Source: an uncultured Oleispira sp. (lineage in GTDB: Bacteria > Pseudomonadota > Gammaproteobacteria > Pseudomonadales > Oceanobacteraceae). From it: a DNA stretch of 64,000 nt. The translations under genes and the position numbers were made by a program. Of this stretch, positions 9,695-20,684 are shown one piece after another. Within the stretch, counting starts at the first letter, position 1. Each line of letters begins with the position of its first letter. The notes under the pieces were generated by a model, which saw only the letters and a program-made list of their open reading frames with translations, made no database searches and had not been told where the DNA came from. The stretch is from positions 4,194 through 68,193 of the forward strand of contig CAWVSY010000012.1 in assembly GCA_963933055.1 (NCBI GenBank), in the 5' to 3' direction.

Positions 9695-11410
9695 CTACAT
9701 GTTGGGATAGTTTGGTCCATCGCCTCCCTCAGGAATTGTCCAATTAATATTCTGCGCAGGGTCTTTAATATCACAGGTTTTACAGTGCAAACAGTTTTGT
9801 GAATTAATCTGGTAGTTGATTTTCCCAGTTTCATTTTCAGTCTTTTCATAGACCCCCGCTGGGCAATAAAAAAGAGAGGGTTCGGTGCGGCCATCGGTAA
9901 AGTTCGATAAATGCTTAAGTGGAATAGCCTCATCTTTAAGTTTTAAATGACAGGGCTGATCTTCTCCATGATTTGTATTCGATAGAAATACTGAATCGAG
10001 TTTATTAAACGTTAACATCCCATCGGCTTTGGGGTAGTTAATCGGTTTACTCTCTTTGTAAGTTTTCAGGGCTTGCCTAGAGGTTGATGCTTTGTGATCA
10101 GGCTGCGGGTCTTGCAAAGTCAGTGGTAATTTTCCATTGAATAAATTGATATCAATAAAAGAAAACATCCCTCCTAATATTTCACCAAAATGATGACGCG
10201 CAGGGCCCCAATTCTTTTGTTGGTATAGTTCTGTATAAATCCATGAATCTTTGAAAGCCTGTTCGTATTCACTCAAATCGGCTTGGTATCTATTCTCACT
10301 GAGGGCTTTTGAAATAACATCAGCGGCGAGCATGCCTGATTTCATCGCCGTATGGCTGCCTTTAATTTTGGCATTGTTAAGCGTTCCCGCATCGCAGCCA
10401 ATTAATAAACCGCCAGGGAAATGCATCTTGGGTAATGACTGTAATCCACCTTTCGCAATCGCCCGTGCACCATAACTAATGCGTTTTCCGCCGATTAAAA
10501 ATTTGGCAATGTCTGGGTGCGTTTTCCAGCGTTGCATTTCTTCGTAAGGATCATAAAAAGGATGCTGATAAGCCAGCTCTGAAATGAAACCTAAAGAAAT
10601 TTGATTATTTTCTAAATGGTATAAAAAGCCACCGCCACCGGCTTTTTCGTTGGCTAAACTCTCACTCACGGGCCAACCGGCGGTATGCAATACTAGACCT
10701 TCTTTATGCAGAGCATTTTTTGATGAATCAATTTGCCACAGCTCTTTAATGCCCAAGCCATAATGCTGTGGATCTTTCTTTTTGCCAGATACTTCATGAT
10801 TCAGCTGATAATGAGCAATAAGCTGTTTACCTAAATGGCCACGACAGCCTTCGCTAAAAACCGTATAGCGTGCATGAATTTCCATGCCAGCGGTGAACGT
10901 ATCTTTCTGCTCACCGTTTGTATCTAGGCCCATATCTCCGGTAATAACCCCGGTTATTTGATTCTGTTCACCCCATAACAGCTCACTTGCGGCAAAACCA
11001 GGATAAATCTCTACGCCCAATGCTTCTGCTTGCTCTGCGAGCCAGCGACAAATATTACCTAAACTCACGATGTAGTTGCCATGATTCTTTAATAATTTAG
11101 GCTCAAGCAGCTTAGGGAATTTTATTCCTCGGGTTTTAGTAAAGTAATAAACCTCATCTTCGATGACGGGAGTATGCAGCGGAGCGCCTAAGGATTGCCA
11201 ATCGGGAAATAGCTCATTCATCGCGGTCGGCTGCATAATTGCCCCAGATAAAATATGGGCACCAACTTCAGAGCCTTTTTCTAGCACCATGACGTGCGTA
11301 TCAGGATTTAATTGTTTTAAGCGACAAGCGGTTGCCAAACCGGCAGGGCCAGCGCCAATAATTAATACATCGACATCCAGCGTTTCACGTTTAATCGATA
11401 CAGTCTTCAT
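9695..11410 (-). CDS. etfD: Electron transfer flavoprotein-ubiquinone oxidoreductase
   Basis: DVLIIGAGPAG FAD motif, EKGSEVGAHILSG, CPAGVY, NCLHCKTCDIKDP 4Fe-4S motif, GPNYPNM end. Confidence 0.96.
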   Translation of the reverse strand: MKTVSIKRETLDVDVLIIGAGPAGLATACRLKQLNPDTHVMVLEKGSEVGAHILSGAIMQPTAMNELFPDWQSLGAPLHTPVIEDEVYYFTKTRGIKFPKLLEPKLLKNHGNYIVSLGNICRWLAEQAEALGVEIYPGFAASELLWGEQNQITGVITGDMGLDTNGEQKDTFTAGMEIHARYTVFSEGCRGHLGKQLIAHYQLNHEVSGKKKDPQHYGLGIKELWQIDSSKNALHKEGLVLHTAGWPVSESLANEKAGGGGFLYHLENNQISLGFISELAYQHPFYDPYEEMQRWKTHPDIAKFLIGGKRISYGARAIAKGGLQSLPKMHFPGGLLIGCDAGTLNNAKIKGSHTAMKSGMLAADVISKALSENRYQADLSEYEQAFKDSWIYTELYQQKNWGPARHHFGEILGGMFSFIDINLFNGKLPLTLQDPQPDHKASTSRQALKTYKESKPINYPKADGMLTFNKLDSVFLSNTNHGEDQPCHLKLKDEAIPLKHLSNFTDGRTEPSLFYCPAGVYEKTENETGKINYQINSQNCLHCKTCDIKDPAQNINWTIPEGGDGPNYPNM

Positions 11411-11424
11411 ACTCTGCTCTCTTT

Positions 11425-11455
11425 ATTAAGGAGTTCTAACATTAAGGAGTTCTAA
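11425..11455. repeat. Perfect 15-bp direct repeat (16-bp period) upstream of ETF-QO
   Basis: ATTAAGGAGTTCTAA-C-ATTAAGGAGTTCTAA. Confidence 0.85.
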
Positions 11456-11514
11456 AAAAGTGGCCTAAAAATCAGCAGGCATAGACAGACTACAAAGAAG
11501 TGCAGAAAATGAGA

Positions 11515-13050
11515 TCACCCCTTAGGGTGAATTAAAAGCAAAGCTTGTGTGCGGTTTTTAACCCCCATTTTCCCATAAAGGTTGCGAATATGAACTTTCA
11601 AAGTATTGAGGGAGATAAATAGCTGCTCGGCAATGTCTTTATTCGAAAGACCTTTCTGTACCAGAGCCATAACCTCCGTTTCACGCTTAGTTAATGGTTC
11701 AATTAATGGCTGAGTTAAGTCATCTATATCACGTTGAGTCGATGCCGTTTTTGACTGCGAAGCGCTAGAGTTTGCTACAGGAATAGAGTGTGGCGCGGGC
11801 ATAAAAGGGATGTTGAAGGCTTTAGAGGCTTTTTTACTGACAGACTCTGCGATATTGCTAGGCAGTTTTTCTAATAAATAAAAGAACGAATTATTCAGTC
11901 CTAAGTCGATTTTCTCTTGAACGATATTATTAAATAACTGTTCGCATCTGCACCAGTCTTTTAATATCAAGCTGTGCTGAAAAGCCAATTCATAATATCC
12001 GTTTTCTTCAAACCAGTTTGCTGCAGTTAAATGCAACGCTTGTTGCTGTTGTTGGCTTAGTGTTTGAAAATGCAATTGTAAAAACTGGCGAAATAAATCG
12101 TGGTAACGATACCAGCTGCGGTGATTATCAAGCGCGATAATAAATAGATTAGCGACTTCTAACTCTTTAATTACATGGTAGCTGTGCTCAATATTGCACA
12201 AGCTATTGGTTAGCGCAGGGCAGAATTTTTCAACACAAGCACTGAATAATAAAAAATCCTGTAAGGGTTGAGGCTGTTGAGAAAAAACTTCCTCAAATAA
12301 ATAATCTGCCATGTCTCGGTTAAGATTTTTATCTTTCGGTATGCCTTCTAATGACGACATTGCGGATAATTGAATACCCGTAACCCATCCCTCAGTTGCT
12401 AGACTTACTTGCTGTGCAATATCGAGAGAGATGTTTGTCTGCAATTTTTTCTGTAAAAAATCTTGGCACTCTTTTGCATTAAACGCTAAATCAGCTTGCT
12501 GCAATTCGATTAACTGGCCATTCGCGCGACGACGAGCGAGCGCTAGCTTAGGATCTTGGCGCACCGTCATCACAATACGCAAGCTAGGTGGAAGATGATC
12601 TAGAAATAAATTCAATGATGATAGTATTTCATCAGATTCGGCCTTATGAAAATCATCCATCACTAGGGTATAAGCATGGTCCGATTCTTGGGCAATATCC
12701 AAGCGATCAAGATCGTTTAATAAGCTAATCACCGCCGCCTCAATGCCTTGGGTCGGTAATACGGCTAATGCTTGCTGGCCGATATCGGCAATGATGGTTT
12801 GCAAAGCACCAATGATGTGTTGCCAAAAAACTTCTGCCAATGCTTGCTGGCTATCGACAATTAGCCAAGCAAAGCTTTGTGAATAGGTATGAAGCCATTG
12901 ACTGACCAAGGTCGTTTTACCATAGCCCGCAGGAGCGGAAATTAGTACTAATTGGCTGCCTTGAGTATTTTGCAGGCGTTCGATAAGCCCTGACCGCAGT
13001 AGGTGCTCAGGCTTAACGGGAGGAATATAAAAGCGAGTGCGTAATAACAT
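11515..13050 (-). CDS. MalT-type (STAND ATPase plus LuxR HTH) transcriptional regulator, shortened
   Basis: APAGYGKTTL Walker A, LVMDDFH Walker B, WYRYHDLF, C-terminal LTKRETEV...SNKDIAEQLFISLNTLKVHIRNLYGK. Confidence 0.9.
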   Translation of the reverse strand: MLLRTRFYIPPVKPEHLLRSGLIERLQNTQGSQLVLISAPAGYGKTTLVSQWLHTYSQSFAWLIVDSQQALAEVFWQHIIGALQTIIADIGQQALAVLPTQGIEAAVISLLNDLDRLDIAQESDHAYTLVMDDFHKAESDEILSSLNLFLDHLPPSLRIVMTVRQDPKLALARRRANGQLIELQQADLAFNAKECQDFLQKKLQTNISLDIAQQVSLATEGWVTGIQLSAMSSLEGIPKDKNLNRDMADYLFEEVFSQQPQPLQDFLLFSACVEKFCPALTNSLCNIEHSYHVIKELEVANLFIIALDNHRSWYRYHDLFRQFLQLHFQTLSQQQQQALHLTAANWFEENGYYELAFQHSLILKDWCRCEQLFNNIVQEKIDLGLNNSFFYLLEKLPSNIAESVSKKASKAFNIPFMPAPHSIPVANSSASQSKTASTQRDIDDLTQPLIEPLTKRETEVMALVQKGLSNKDIAEQLFISLNTLKVHIRNLYGKMGVKNRTQALLLIHPKG

Positions 13051-13218
13051 CTATAATAACAAATTTCCCTATTTTGACTGGCCATCTTAGCGAAATGAAT
13101 TGGCAAGTGCTAGTCAGCGGTCAATCTGATAGAATCCGCGCCAATAAATTCCTATTCCTATTTGTTAGCGGTTTAGTCAGCTTTTAAGCAGATCCTAAAC
13201 CCGCTAGAGGCCTTAGTT

Positions 13219-14322
13219 ATGAGTCTTGCAGATCAAATTTTAGCGGTAAATGACGACCTTCCAATTCGTACTGATAAGCCCGTTCATAGTGGCAAAGTAC
13301 GCTCTGTTTATTGGCTAACCGAGGCGGATAGTAAGCGTCTAATTGCAGAGAAGGGCTACGACGTAGCCGCAGATGCTCCGTTAGCAATCATGGTAATCAG
13401 TGATCGTATTTCGGCGTTTGATTGCATCTGGCATGGCGAAGGTGGCATGAAGGGTGTTCCTGGTAAAGGCGCAGCACTGAATGCTATTTCAAATCATTGG
13501 TTCCGTTTGTTCCGTGAGCAAGGCCTAGCCGACAGTCATATTCTTGATATCCCGCATCCGTTTGTCTGGATTGTACAAAAAGCTCGCCCAGTGATGATTG
13601 AAGCGATTTGTCGCCAGTATATTACAGGTTCGATGTGGCGCTCTTATAGCAAAGGCGAGCGTGACTTTTGTGGCATTCAAATGCCTGAAGGTTTAGAAAA
13701 AGATCAGAAATTACCTGAGCTATTAATTACCCCCTCTACTAAGGGTATTTTAAAAGGCATTCCGGGTGTTCCCGCGGTTGATGACGTCAACATCACTCGC
13801 GCCAATATCGCTGATAATTTTGAAGCATTTAACTTTACTCAAGCCGACGATATTGAACAGTATGAAAAACTGTTAAAAGAAGGCTTTGCTGTTATCTCTA
13901 ACGCATTAGCTGAGTTGGACCAGATCTTTGTTGATACCAAGTTTGAATTTGGTTACGTCAATGATGCTGCGGGTAATGAAAAACTGATTTATATGGACGA
14001 AGTAGGCACACCAGACTCTTCTCGTATTTGGGACGGTGCAGAATACCGTGTAGGCAACATTGTTGAAAATTCGAAAGAAGGTTTTCGCCAATTTTTACTC
14101 AATCATTTTGACGATGCCGATATCTTATTGAATAAAGATCGCATGGATGAGCGTTCAGCGCTGGCCCGCGATAATGAGTTGCCAGCCAATGTTTTAATGG
14201 ATTTATCTAAAACCTATTTGAACATTGCAGAAAAAGTCATCGGCGAAAAGATTGTTTTATCTGATAATCCAAAAGCTGAAATTATCGATGTTTTACGAGA
14301 TCAGTATGGATTGGTTGACTAG
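13219..14322 (+). CDS. purC: SAICAR synthase (Vibrio-type long form)
   Basis: [36 protein letters not shown]. Confidence 0.95.
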   Translation: MSLADQILAVNDDLPIRTDKPVHSGKVRSVYWLTEADSKRLIAEKGYDVAADAPLAIMVISDRISAFDCIWHGEGGMKGVPGKGAALNAISNHWFRLFREQGLADSHILDIPHPFVWIVQKARPVMIEAICRQYITGSMWRSYSKGERDFCGIQMPEGLEKDQKLPELLITPSTKGILKGIPGVPAVDDVNITRANIADNFEAFNFTQADDIEQYEKLLKEGFAVISNALAELDQIFVDTKFEFGYVNDAAGNEKLIYMDEVGTPDSSRIWDGAEYRVGNIVENSKEGFRQFLLNHFDDADILLNKDRMDERSALARDNELPANVLMDLSKTYLNIAEKVIGEKIVLSDNPKAEIIDVLRDQYGLVD

Positions 14323-14890
14323 TTTTCTACTCATCTTTGCCGCTGAAATTGGCGATAAAAGCCAATTGGTTTGTATGGCCTTGGCAGTGCGCTATCGTGC
14401 GCTGCCTGTTGCCGTTGGGGCGATCTTAGCCTTTTTGGTATTGAATACATTAGCGGTGGTATTTGGCAGCGCCATTGCTAACTGGATTCCCGAACTCGTT
14501 ATTTCAATTTCTGTTAGCGTTTTGTTTTTAATGTTTGGCTTTCATGCGCTCTTTACTAAAGACGATGGCGAAGAGCTTGAAGATGATGATTTGCAGGTGA
14601 AAAGTCAGCAGCATATTATTTTTTCTACTTTTGCCTTAATTACAATCGCTGAATTTGGTGATAAAACCCAACTAGCCGTTGTCGCCTTAAGCAGTCATAG
14701 TTCGGCCATTGCGGTGTGGATTGGATCAACTCTCGCGCTGGTGAGTACCTCTATCATGGCGGTTTGGGCAGGGCGGACGATTTTACAACGAATTCCCATC
14801 GCATTATTACACCGCTTAAGTGGCGGGTTATTTATTATCTTAGGTTCATTAGCCGCTTATTCTGCGTACTCCATTTATACAGCGCTCTAA
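14306..14890 (+). CDS. TMEM165/GDT1 family membrane protein (Mn/Ca transporter-like)
   Basis: Two E-x-GD-K-[ST]-Q motifs (AEIGDKSQL; AEFGDKTQL); likely start ATG 14306 overlapping the purC end. Confidence 0.9.
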   Translation: MDWLTSFLLIFAAEIGDKSQLVCMALAVRYRALPVAVGAILAFLVLNTLAVVFGSAIANWIPELVISISVSVLFLMFGFHALFTKDDGEELEDDDLQVKSQQHIIFSTFALITIAEFGDKTQLAVVALSSHSSAIAVWIGSTLALVSTSIMAVWAGRTILQRIPIALLHRLSGGLFIILGSLAAYSAYSIYTAL

Positions 14891-14924
14891 TTTTCATATT
14901 AAATTTTTTTTGTACAGGTTTCAC

Positions 14925-16310
14925 ATGTTTTCTGGTTTTGATTACGGCACATCCAACTGTGCTATGGGGATTATTCAGACTGAATCATCCAAGGTAAGTC
15001 TTTTACCCTTAGAGCAAGGCAAAGTCTTTATGCCTTCTACTTTATACGCACTGGAGCGCGAGCTGATTTGTGAACAAGTCGGGTTGGGCATTACAGATTC
15101 TGCAGATAAAGAAGCATTCTTAGCATTACGCGCTAATTCTTTAGCGCAAGCACGACGTATTCGTCAGCAAGAAGGGCTAGATTCCAGTGAGCAAAGTTTA
15201 TTTTTTGGCCGCAGTGCCTTTGAAGAATATTACGAATTTCCTGAAGAAGGCTATTTCGTAAAATCGCCTAAATCCTTTTTAGGTGCCAGTGGTTTGCGTC
15301 CTGAGCAAGTCTTCTTTTTTGAAGACATTGTGACTGCGATGATGCAAAACGTAAAACGTCAGGCAGAAAAAAGTGCTGCTGCTTTAGGCCTAAAAGATCC
15401 GATTGAACATACGGTAATCGGTCGCCCTGTAAACTTTCAGGGATTAAATGCCGAGCAAAGTAACAAACAAGCGATTGATATTTTAACCGTGTCGGCAAAA
15501 CGTGCGGGGTTTAATTCGGTTGAGTTTTTATACGAACCTATCGCCGCTGGTTTAAATTTCGAAGCGGAACTGAGCGAAAATAAAACAGTATTGGTTGTTG
15601 ATATTGGTGGTGGTACAACCGACTGCGCGATGGTGCGCATGGGACCAGATCATAAAAACCAAGAGCAACGCCAGCAAGACTTTATTGGCCACTCAGGGGA
15701 ACGCATAGGCGGTAACGACCTTGATATTCAATTAGCGGGCAGCAATTTAATGCCTCTGTTTGGAATGGGAACTGAGTTAAAAAATGGCAAACCCGTCTCA
15801 ACCAAAACATTTTGGGATGCGGTATCTACCAACGACATTAGTGCGCAAAGTAACTTTAATAGCCTGCAAACAGAACTGTATTTAGATCAATTAGTAAGAG
15901 ACAGCGCATCACCAGAATTGATTCGTCGCTTTATTAAGTTACGCGATGATAAACAAAATCATCATTTGGTGCGCAGCTCAGAGCAATGCAAAATCGAATT
16001 ATCTAGCAAGCCTGAACACCGAGTCGATTTATCTTTTATCGAACGCGATTTAAGCGAAGTGGTTACGCGAGAATTATTTGCAGAAGCCGTTAATCGACCT
16101 GTTGAAAAAATGACGGCATTAATGGATGAAGCAATTATACAAGCTGGTTGTAAGCCCGATCTTGTTTATGTGACCGGTGGTTCTGGCCAGTCTCCTGTGA
16201 TTCGCCAAGCTATTAAAGAAAAAATTGGCGAGGTTGAAGTCCTTGATGGCGATCACTTTGGCAGTGTCGCGTCTGGTCTAACGGTTTGGGCAGAAAGGCT
16301 TTTCCGTTAG
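14925..16310 (+). CDS. yegD: Hsp70-family chaperone YegD
   Basis: GFDYGTSNC, FVKSPKSFLG, VIGRPVNF, DIGGGTTD, GDHFGSV; start refined to ATG 14925. Confidence 0.92.
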   Translation: MFSGFDYGTSNCAMGIIQTESSKVSLLPLEQGKVFMPSTLYALERELICEQVGLGITDSADKEAFLALRANSLAQARRIRQQEGLDSSEQSLFFGRSAFEEYYEFPEEGYFVKSPKSFLGASGLRPEQVFFFEDIVTAMMQNVKRQAEKSAAALGLKDPIEHTVIGRPVNFQGLNAEQSNKQAIDILTVSAKRAGFNSVEFLYEPIAAGLNFEAELSENKTVLVVDIGGGTTDCAMVRMGPDHKNQEQRQQDFIGHSGERIGGNDLDIQLAGSNLMPLFGMGTELKNGKPVSTKTFWDAVSTNDISAQSNFNSLQTELYLDQLVRDSASPELIRRFIKLRDDKQNHHLVRSSEQCKIELSSKPEHRVDLSFIERDLSEVVTRELFAEAVNRPVEKMTALMDEAIIQAGCKPDLVYVTGGSGQSPVIRQAIKEKIGEVEVLDGDHFGSVASGLTVWAERLFR

Positions 16311-16330
16311 AACCAATGAATACAAGCGCA

Positions 16331-17974
16331 TTATGATGTTTTAAAGGTATCAATAATGCGCTTTAATTTTCCGCCTAAGTTATTCAAATTACTGCTTGCT
16401 CCTAGCACTTTATGGCTGTTTTCACTCGACTCTTCAGACAGCTTTGAAATCTTAACAACCGACTGATCAATTTCTTTGGCAACGGCTGATTGTTCTTCTG
16501 CTGCCGTCGCAATTTGAATCGTCATTTCAGAAATCGTTCCTACGGCTTCAACAATTTTTTCTAAAGCCATTGCCGATGTGCCAGCCAATTCAACCGTACT
16601 GTTGGCTTTTTCACTGCCATCATTCATGACTCTAACGGCATCGCTGGTGCCTTTTTGTAAGCGTGCAATCATTTCATTAATTTCTTCAGTCGATTGCTGC
16701 GTACGGCTCGCGAGTGTTCTTACCTCATCGGCAACCACCGCAAAGCCACGGCCTTGCTCACCCGCTCTAGCGGCTTCAATAGCGGCATTTAACGCTAATA
16801 GGTTGGTTTGTTCTGCAATACCACGAATAACATCCAATACCGACCCAATAGACTGGCTTTCAGCCTCAAGTTGATTAATCACAGCGGCCGCTGATTTAAC
16901 CTCATTAGCCAGCTCGGTAATGCCGTGGGTTGTTTGCCCCATTACCGCTAATCCTTCATTAGCTTCATCGTTAGCGCCTTTTACGGCAACGGCGGCTTGT
17001 TCCGCACTGCGAGCAATCTCTTGAACCGTAGACGACATTTCAGTCACCGCAGTAGCGACTTGATAGGTCTCTTGGCTCTGCTGCTCCATGTGTTTTTTAC
17101 CTACTTGAGCAACCTGCTCAAGTTGTTGTGACGCATCGGTTAATTCAGTATTCGTTTGGTTAACATCAATAATACTGATCTGAATTTTTTCAATAAAAGT
17201 ATTAAACGCTTTGGTTAAGTCCGCGACCTCATCTTTGCCTTCTGTTCGTAACCGTAGGGTTAAATCACCTTCGCCTTCCGAGATATTATTCATGGCTTTT
17301 GTCGTTGCGTTAATCGGTGATGAGATACTACGAGCAATTATCATAGCAATTGCGAGAAGAGGAATTAAAATAATAAAAATGATCAGCACCAGAGTCATTA
17401 CAACGTTATAAAACTCTACATCTACGTCATCAACATAGACTCCCGAGCCAACGATAAGCTGCCAAGGTTGGAAGCCCTTCACAAAAGAAATCTTATCAAC
17501 AGGATCTTCGGCTCCTGGTTTCGGCCACTGATAAGGAACAAAACCTTGCCCATGGCTAGCAACAATTTTTGTCATTTCAATAAAGATTTTCTTGCCGTTA
17601 GGATCGGCAAAATCGGCTAAATTTTTACCATTTAAAGCAGGCTTAATAGGGTGCATTACCATTTTTGCATCATAGTCGTTAACCCAAAAATAATTATCAC
17701 TGGCATAGCGTAACTTCGAAACCGCTTTTAAAGCTGCGGCCCGAGCCTCTTGCTCTGAAAACTCACCCAATTTAAAGCGATCATAATAATCACTTAATAA
17801 GCTATGAGTAGTTTGCACCAGAAGTTGTGTTTGCCCAGCTTTATGCTCTAGCAAGCTACTACGATACTGCATCAAGATAATGCTTGTTATGGTCAACAAA
17901 CCAACAATAAATAGCGCAATTAATAACGAAAGGCGACGAGAAATTTTAATATGACGTAAGAGAGATATCATCAT
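16331..17974 (-). CDS. Methyl-accepting chemotaxis protein with sCache_2-type sensor and HAMP domain
   Basis: YFWVND...MVMHP...DPNGKKIF...[10 protein letters not shown]; [34 protein letters not shown]. Confidence 0.95.
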   Translation of the reverse strand: MMISLLRHIKISRRLSLLIALFIVGLLTITSIILMQYRSSLLEHKAGQTQLLVQTTHSLLSDYYDRFKLGEFSEQEARAAALKAVSKLRYASDNYFWVNDYDAKMVMHPIKPALNGKNLADFADPNGKKIFIEMTKIVASHGQGFVPYQWPKPGAEDPVDKISFVKGFQPWQLIVGSGVYVDDVDVEFYNVVMTLVLIIFIILIPLLAIAMIIARSISSPINATTKAMNNISEGEGDLTLRLRTEGKDEVADLTKAFNTFIEKIQISIIDVNQTNTELTDASQQLEQVAQVGKKHMEQQSQETYQVATAVTEMSSTVQEIARSAEQAAVAVKGANDEANEGLAVMGQTTHGITELANEVKSAAAVINQLEAESQSIGSVLDVIRGIAEQTNLLALNAAIEAARAGEQGRGFAVVADEVRTLASRTQQSTEEINEMIARLQKGTSDAVRVMNDGSEKANSTVELAGTSAMALEKIVEAVGTISEMTIQIATAAEEQSAVAKEIDQSVVKISKLSEESSENSHKVLGASSNLNNLGGKLKRIIDTFKTS

Positions 17975-18141
17975 TGAATACCACGACTCGAAATAGAAGA
18001 TAAATTAAGTTTAGTCGGTTGTGGCTATTTAGTATGAAAAGACAAAATCTAAGCTGTTTTTTGTCAATATAGTCAGCCTTCAGCATGGTTGATTAAAGGG
18101 CCTTACTTGCTTGAAAAAGAGAGCGTTACTCCTTCCTTTTG

Positions 18142-18176
18142 TTGATATTGCAAATGATAATGATTTGCAATATCAA
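18142..18176. promoter_or_regulatory. Fur box within an extended perfect palindrome upstream of the TonB-dependent receptor
   Basis: TTGATATTGCAAAT-GATAATG-ATTTGCAATATCAA; central 19-mer (18150-18168) matches 14/19 of GATAATGATAATCATTATC. Confidence 0.85.
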
Positions 18177-18259
18177 TACTATTACATTAAATTGGCGGCC
18201 AGAAATAAAGATTGAACTTTTTCAATTATTCATACCCCTCCAATAGAAGGACTCTCAAC

Positions 18260-20593
18260 ATGAAACATCAATTCCTTAAAAACAGTCTGGCTTTAGCCAT
18301 TAGCCTAGCCAGTACTGTTGCCATTGCCGAAGAAGCGGCTGCTGATAGCAGTACGAAGAAGCTCAATACCGTGACCGTAACGGGTCAGAAAATGGAGCGT
18401 TCATTACAAGATACAAAAGAGAGTGTCGTTGTACTTACTAGTGAAGATCTTGAAACTCGAAATTTAACGGAATTGACCGACGTCATTCAACAGACTCCGG
18501 GGATTAGTGGTGATCAGTTTGGATTTCGCATTCGTGGTGTGCGCAGCAGTGATGGGGCAATTAATCCTAATCGTGGTGACCTTGCATCCGTGGTGATAGA
18601 CGGAGTAACAACTTCAGGTTGGATTAAAAGTGGAGCCGTTGGCCAATTATGGGATGTATCCCAAGTAGAAATCTTAAGAGGTCCGCAATCCACTAACCTT
18701 GGCCGCAATGCGCTGGCGGGCGCAATCATCGTCAATACCAGTGACCCTGTCTATGCTAATGAAGGAAAAGTTAGACTAGGTTTTGGCAATTATGGTCAGC
18801 GAGAATATAAAGGTATTGCGAACATTAATTTGATGGAGGGTATTTCTGCATTACGCTTGTCAGCGGAACACAGTCAATCAGATGGTTTTATCGATAACAT
18901 CACTCGAAATGAAAAAGATTATAATGGCCGTGAGAATACTGTTTATCGCATGAAGCTGCTTTTAGAACCGACTGATGACCTGAAAATGGTGCTTTCATAT
19001 CAACACCTAGAAAATGAATATGGCGATAGCCGAGTGCTATTAGGTGAGTTTGATAAAGACGATCGAAAATCAACAAACGATGCGGATGCGGTATTCAAAA
19101 CCAAAGCTGATTTAGCCTCGCTGAATCTTGATTTCAAAATCAATCATCGCTGGGCATTGAAAAGCATCAGTGCCTACCAAGATGGCGAACGTGATCGTCT
19201 GAGTGATACCGATTTAAGTGCCTTGGCCTATGGAAGCGGCGGTGGCACGGTTATTCAAGACAATGAAGATACTAATTGGTCGCAAGAATTACGCTTAAAC
19301 TTTAACTCAGATACCGTTCGTGGAAGCACTGGTGTGTATTACACAAGTATCGAAGCTAAGAATAGCCAAGTCGCCAATAACGACCTTAATCTAGTCACAC
19401 AATTTGATAGTTTTGCCCGTAGTCAGAATATTAATTTTCCTTTAGGACAGTTTTTAACTAACCCGATTAACTTAGTTCCGTTTGGGGGCTCTGGAACGTT
19501 ATCGGCTCTTTATCCTGAATTCTATGGCACTGAGCAAACAGGATTTACAAACGTTGAGACTACGAGCTGGGCTGTATTTACCGAATGGGACGTTGATTTT
19601 GCTGAGAACTGGACAGCCAGCTTCGGCGCACGCTACGACAATGAGAAAAAAGAATATTCAACAGGTTCTAATTCAATTAGCCCAAATACTCTTCCTACCC
19701 CTCTGGGTGCACCACTAGGAACTGCAGACCTAGGGCTTGGTCCGATCACTCTAGATTATATTATCGGTATTGCTAATTCTCAATTAGCTTCATATACGCA
19801 AAGCGTTCCTGAAACGGATAAGAGCAAAAACTTTAATAACATACTTCCCCATGCTGGCATCACTTATCGCTGGAATGATGATGTTACGACGAGCTTTTTT
19901 GCGAAGAAAAGCTACCGTTCAGGTGGTTCTGAATTGACGCTATTGCATGGTGTAAATGACTTTGATCAAGAAGAGCTATGGAATTACGAACTGGCGCTTC
20001 GCTCTGAACTCTTAGATGGCCGCGGTTTACTAAATGCGAATATCTATTACAGTGACTGGAAAGATCAACAAGTGAAAATTCAAGAGCCGGGAACCAGCAG
20101 CTCTGCATATACAATTACTGAGAATTCTGGAAGGTCAGAACTGTATGGTGCAGAACTGAGTTTTGATTATATTTTAACAGAAACACTTGATTTATATGTA
20201 GGCGGTGCATTGTCAAATACCGAATACAAAGATTTCAAATCTGCAGATGGCTCTAATGACTACAGTGGTAATGAATTTACCTTTGCACCAAAGCATACTG
20301 CAATGACAGGTTTAAACTATCAAAGCTTCAATGGTTTCTTTTTAAATACTTCAATGAATTATCAAGGAAAATCCTACTCAGATGTTGCTAATGAGAAAGA
20401 GTTATCTGCGCGTACTCTTGTTAATATAAACGGAGGGTATGAGATCCAAGATTTAAAACTCGAAGTTTATGTTAAAAATGTATTCGATCGAACTTATGCA
20501 AATCATAACAACTTGCAAGCCGCAAATGGCACACCTGCGGTACGTATGGGCGACCCACGTGTCATCGGCGCGAGAGCAACTTACAACTTCTAA
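18260..20593 (+). CDS. TonB-dependent (siderophore) receptor
   Basis: Signal peptide, TonB-box-like TVTVTGQK, plug motif VEILRGPQSTNLGRNALAGAI, C-terminal ARATYNF; start ATG 18260 after AGAAGGA. Confidence 0.95.
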   Translation: MKHQFLKNSLALAISLASTVAIAEEAAADSSTKKLNTVTVTGQKMERSLQDTKESVVVLTSEDLETRNLTELTDVIQQTPGISGDQFGFRIRGVRSSDGAINPNRGDLASVVIDGVTTSGWIKSGAVGQLWDVSQVEILRGPQSTNLGRNALAGAIIVNTSDPVYANEGKVRLGFGNYGQREYKGIANINLMEGISALRLSAEHSQSDGFIDNITRNEKDYNGRENTVYRMKLLLEPTDDLKMVLSYQHLENEYGDSRVLLGEFDKDDRKSTNDADAVFKTKADLASLNLDFKINHRWALKSISAYQDGERDRLSDTDLSALAYGSGGGTVIQDNEDTNWSQELRLNFNSDTVRGSTGVYYTSIEAKNSQVANNDLNLVTQFDSFARSQNINFPLGQFLTNPINLVPFGGSGTLSALYPEFYGTEQTGFTNVETTSWAVFTEWDVDFAENWTASFGARYDNEKKEYSTGSNSISPNTLPTPLGAPLGTADLGLGPITLDYIIGIANSQLASYTQSVPETDKSKNFNNILPHAGITYRWNDDVTTSFFAKKSYRSGGSELTLLHGVNDFDQEELWNYELALRSELLDGRGLLNANIYYSDWKDQQVKIQEPGTSSSAYTITENSGRSELYGAELSFDYILTETLDLYVGGALSNTEYKDFKSADGSNDYSGNEFTFAPKHTAMTGLNYQSFNGFFLNTSMNYQGKSYSDVANEKELSARTLVNINGGYEIQDLKLEVYVKNVFDRTYANHNNLQAANGTPAVRMGDPRVIGARATYNF

Positions 20594-20642
20594 GTCTTAT
20601 AATGTAAGAATCATAATGTAAGCTTCATAATTAATGGGATAT

Positions 20643-20684
20643 CTCTTCGCCTTGCTGGCTATTGCAGCAAGGCGAGAGTTTTTT
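20643..20684 (+). terminator. Intrinsic terminator between the convergent receptor and PepSY genes
   Basis: CTCTTCGCCTTGCTG / CAGCAAGGCGAGAG stem followed by T6. Confidence 0.8.

Noticed and set aside
13073-13120. TGACTGGC...GCTAGTCA segment upstream of purC as a ZMP/ZTP riboswitch
   Set aside because: Only the GACTGGC word matches; the GGTGG/CCAC stem and 3' GCCTGGGCA element are absent
16578-17411. Plus-strand ORFs inside the MCP gene
   Set aside because: Typical antisense shadows of a codon-biased gene
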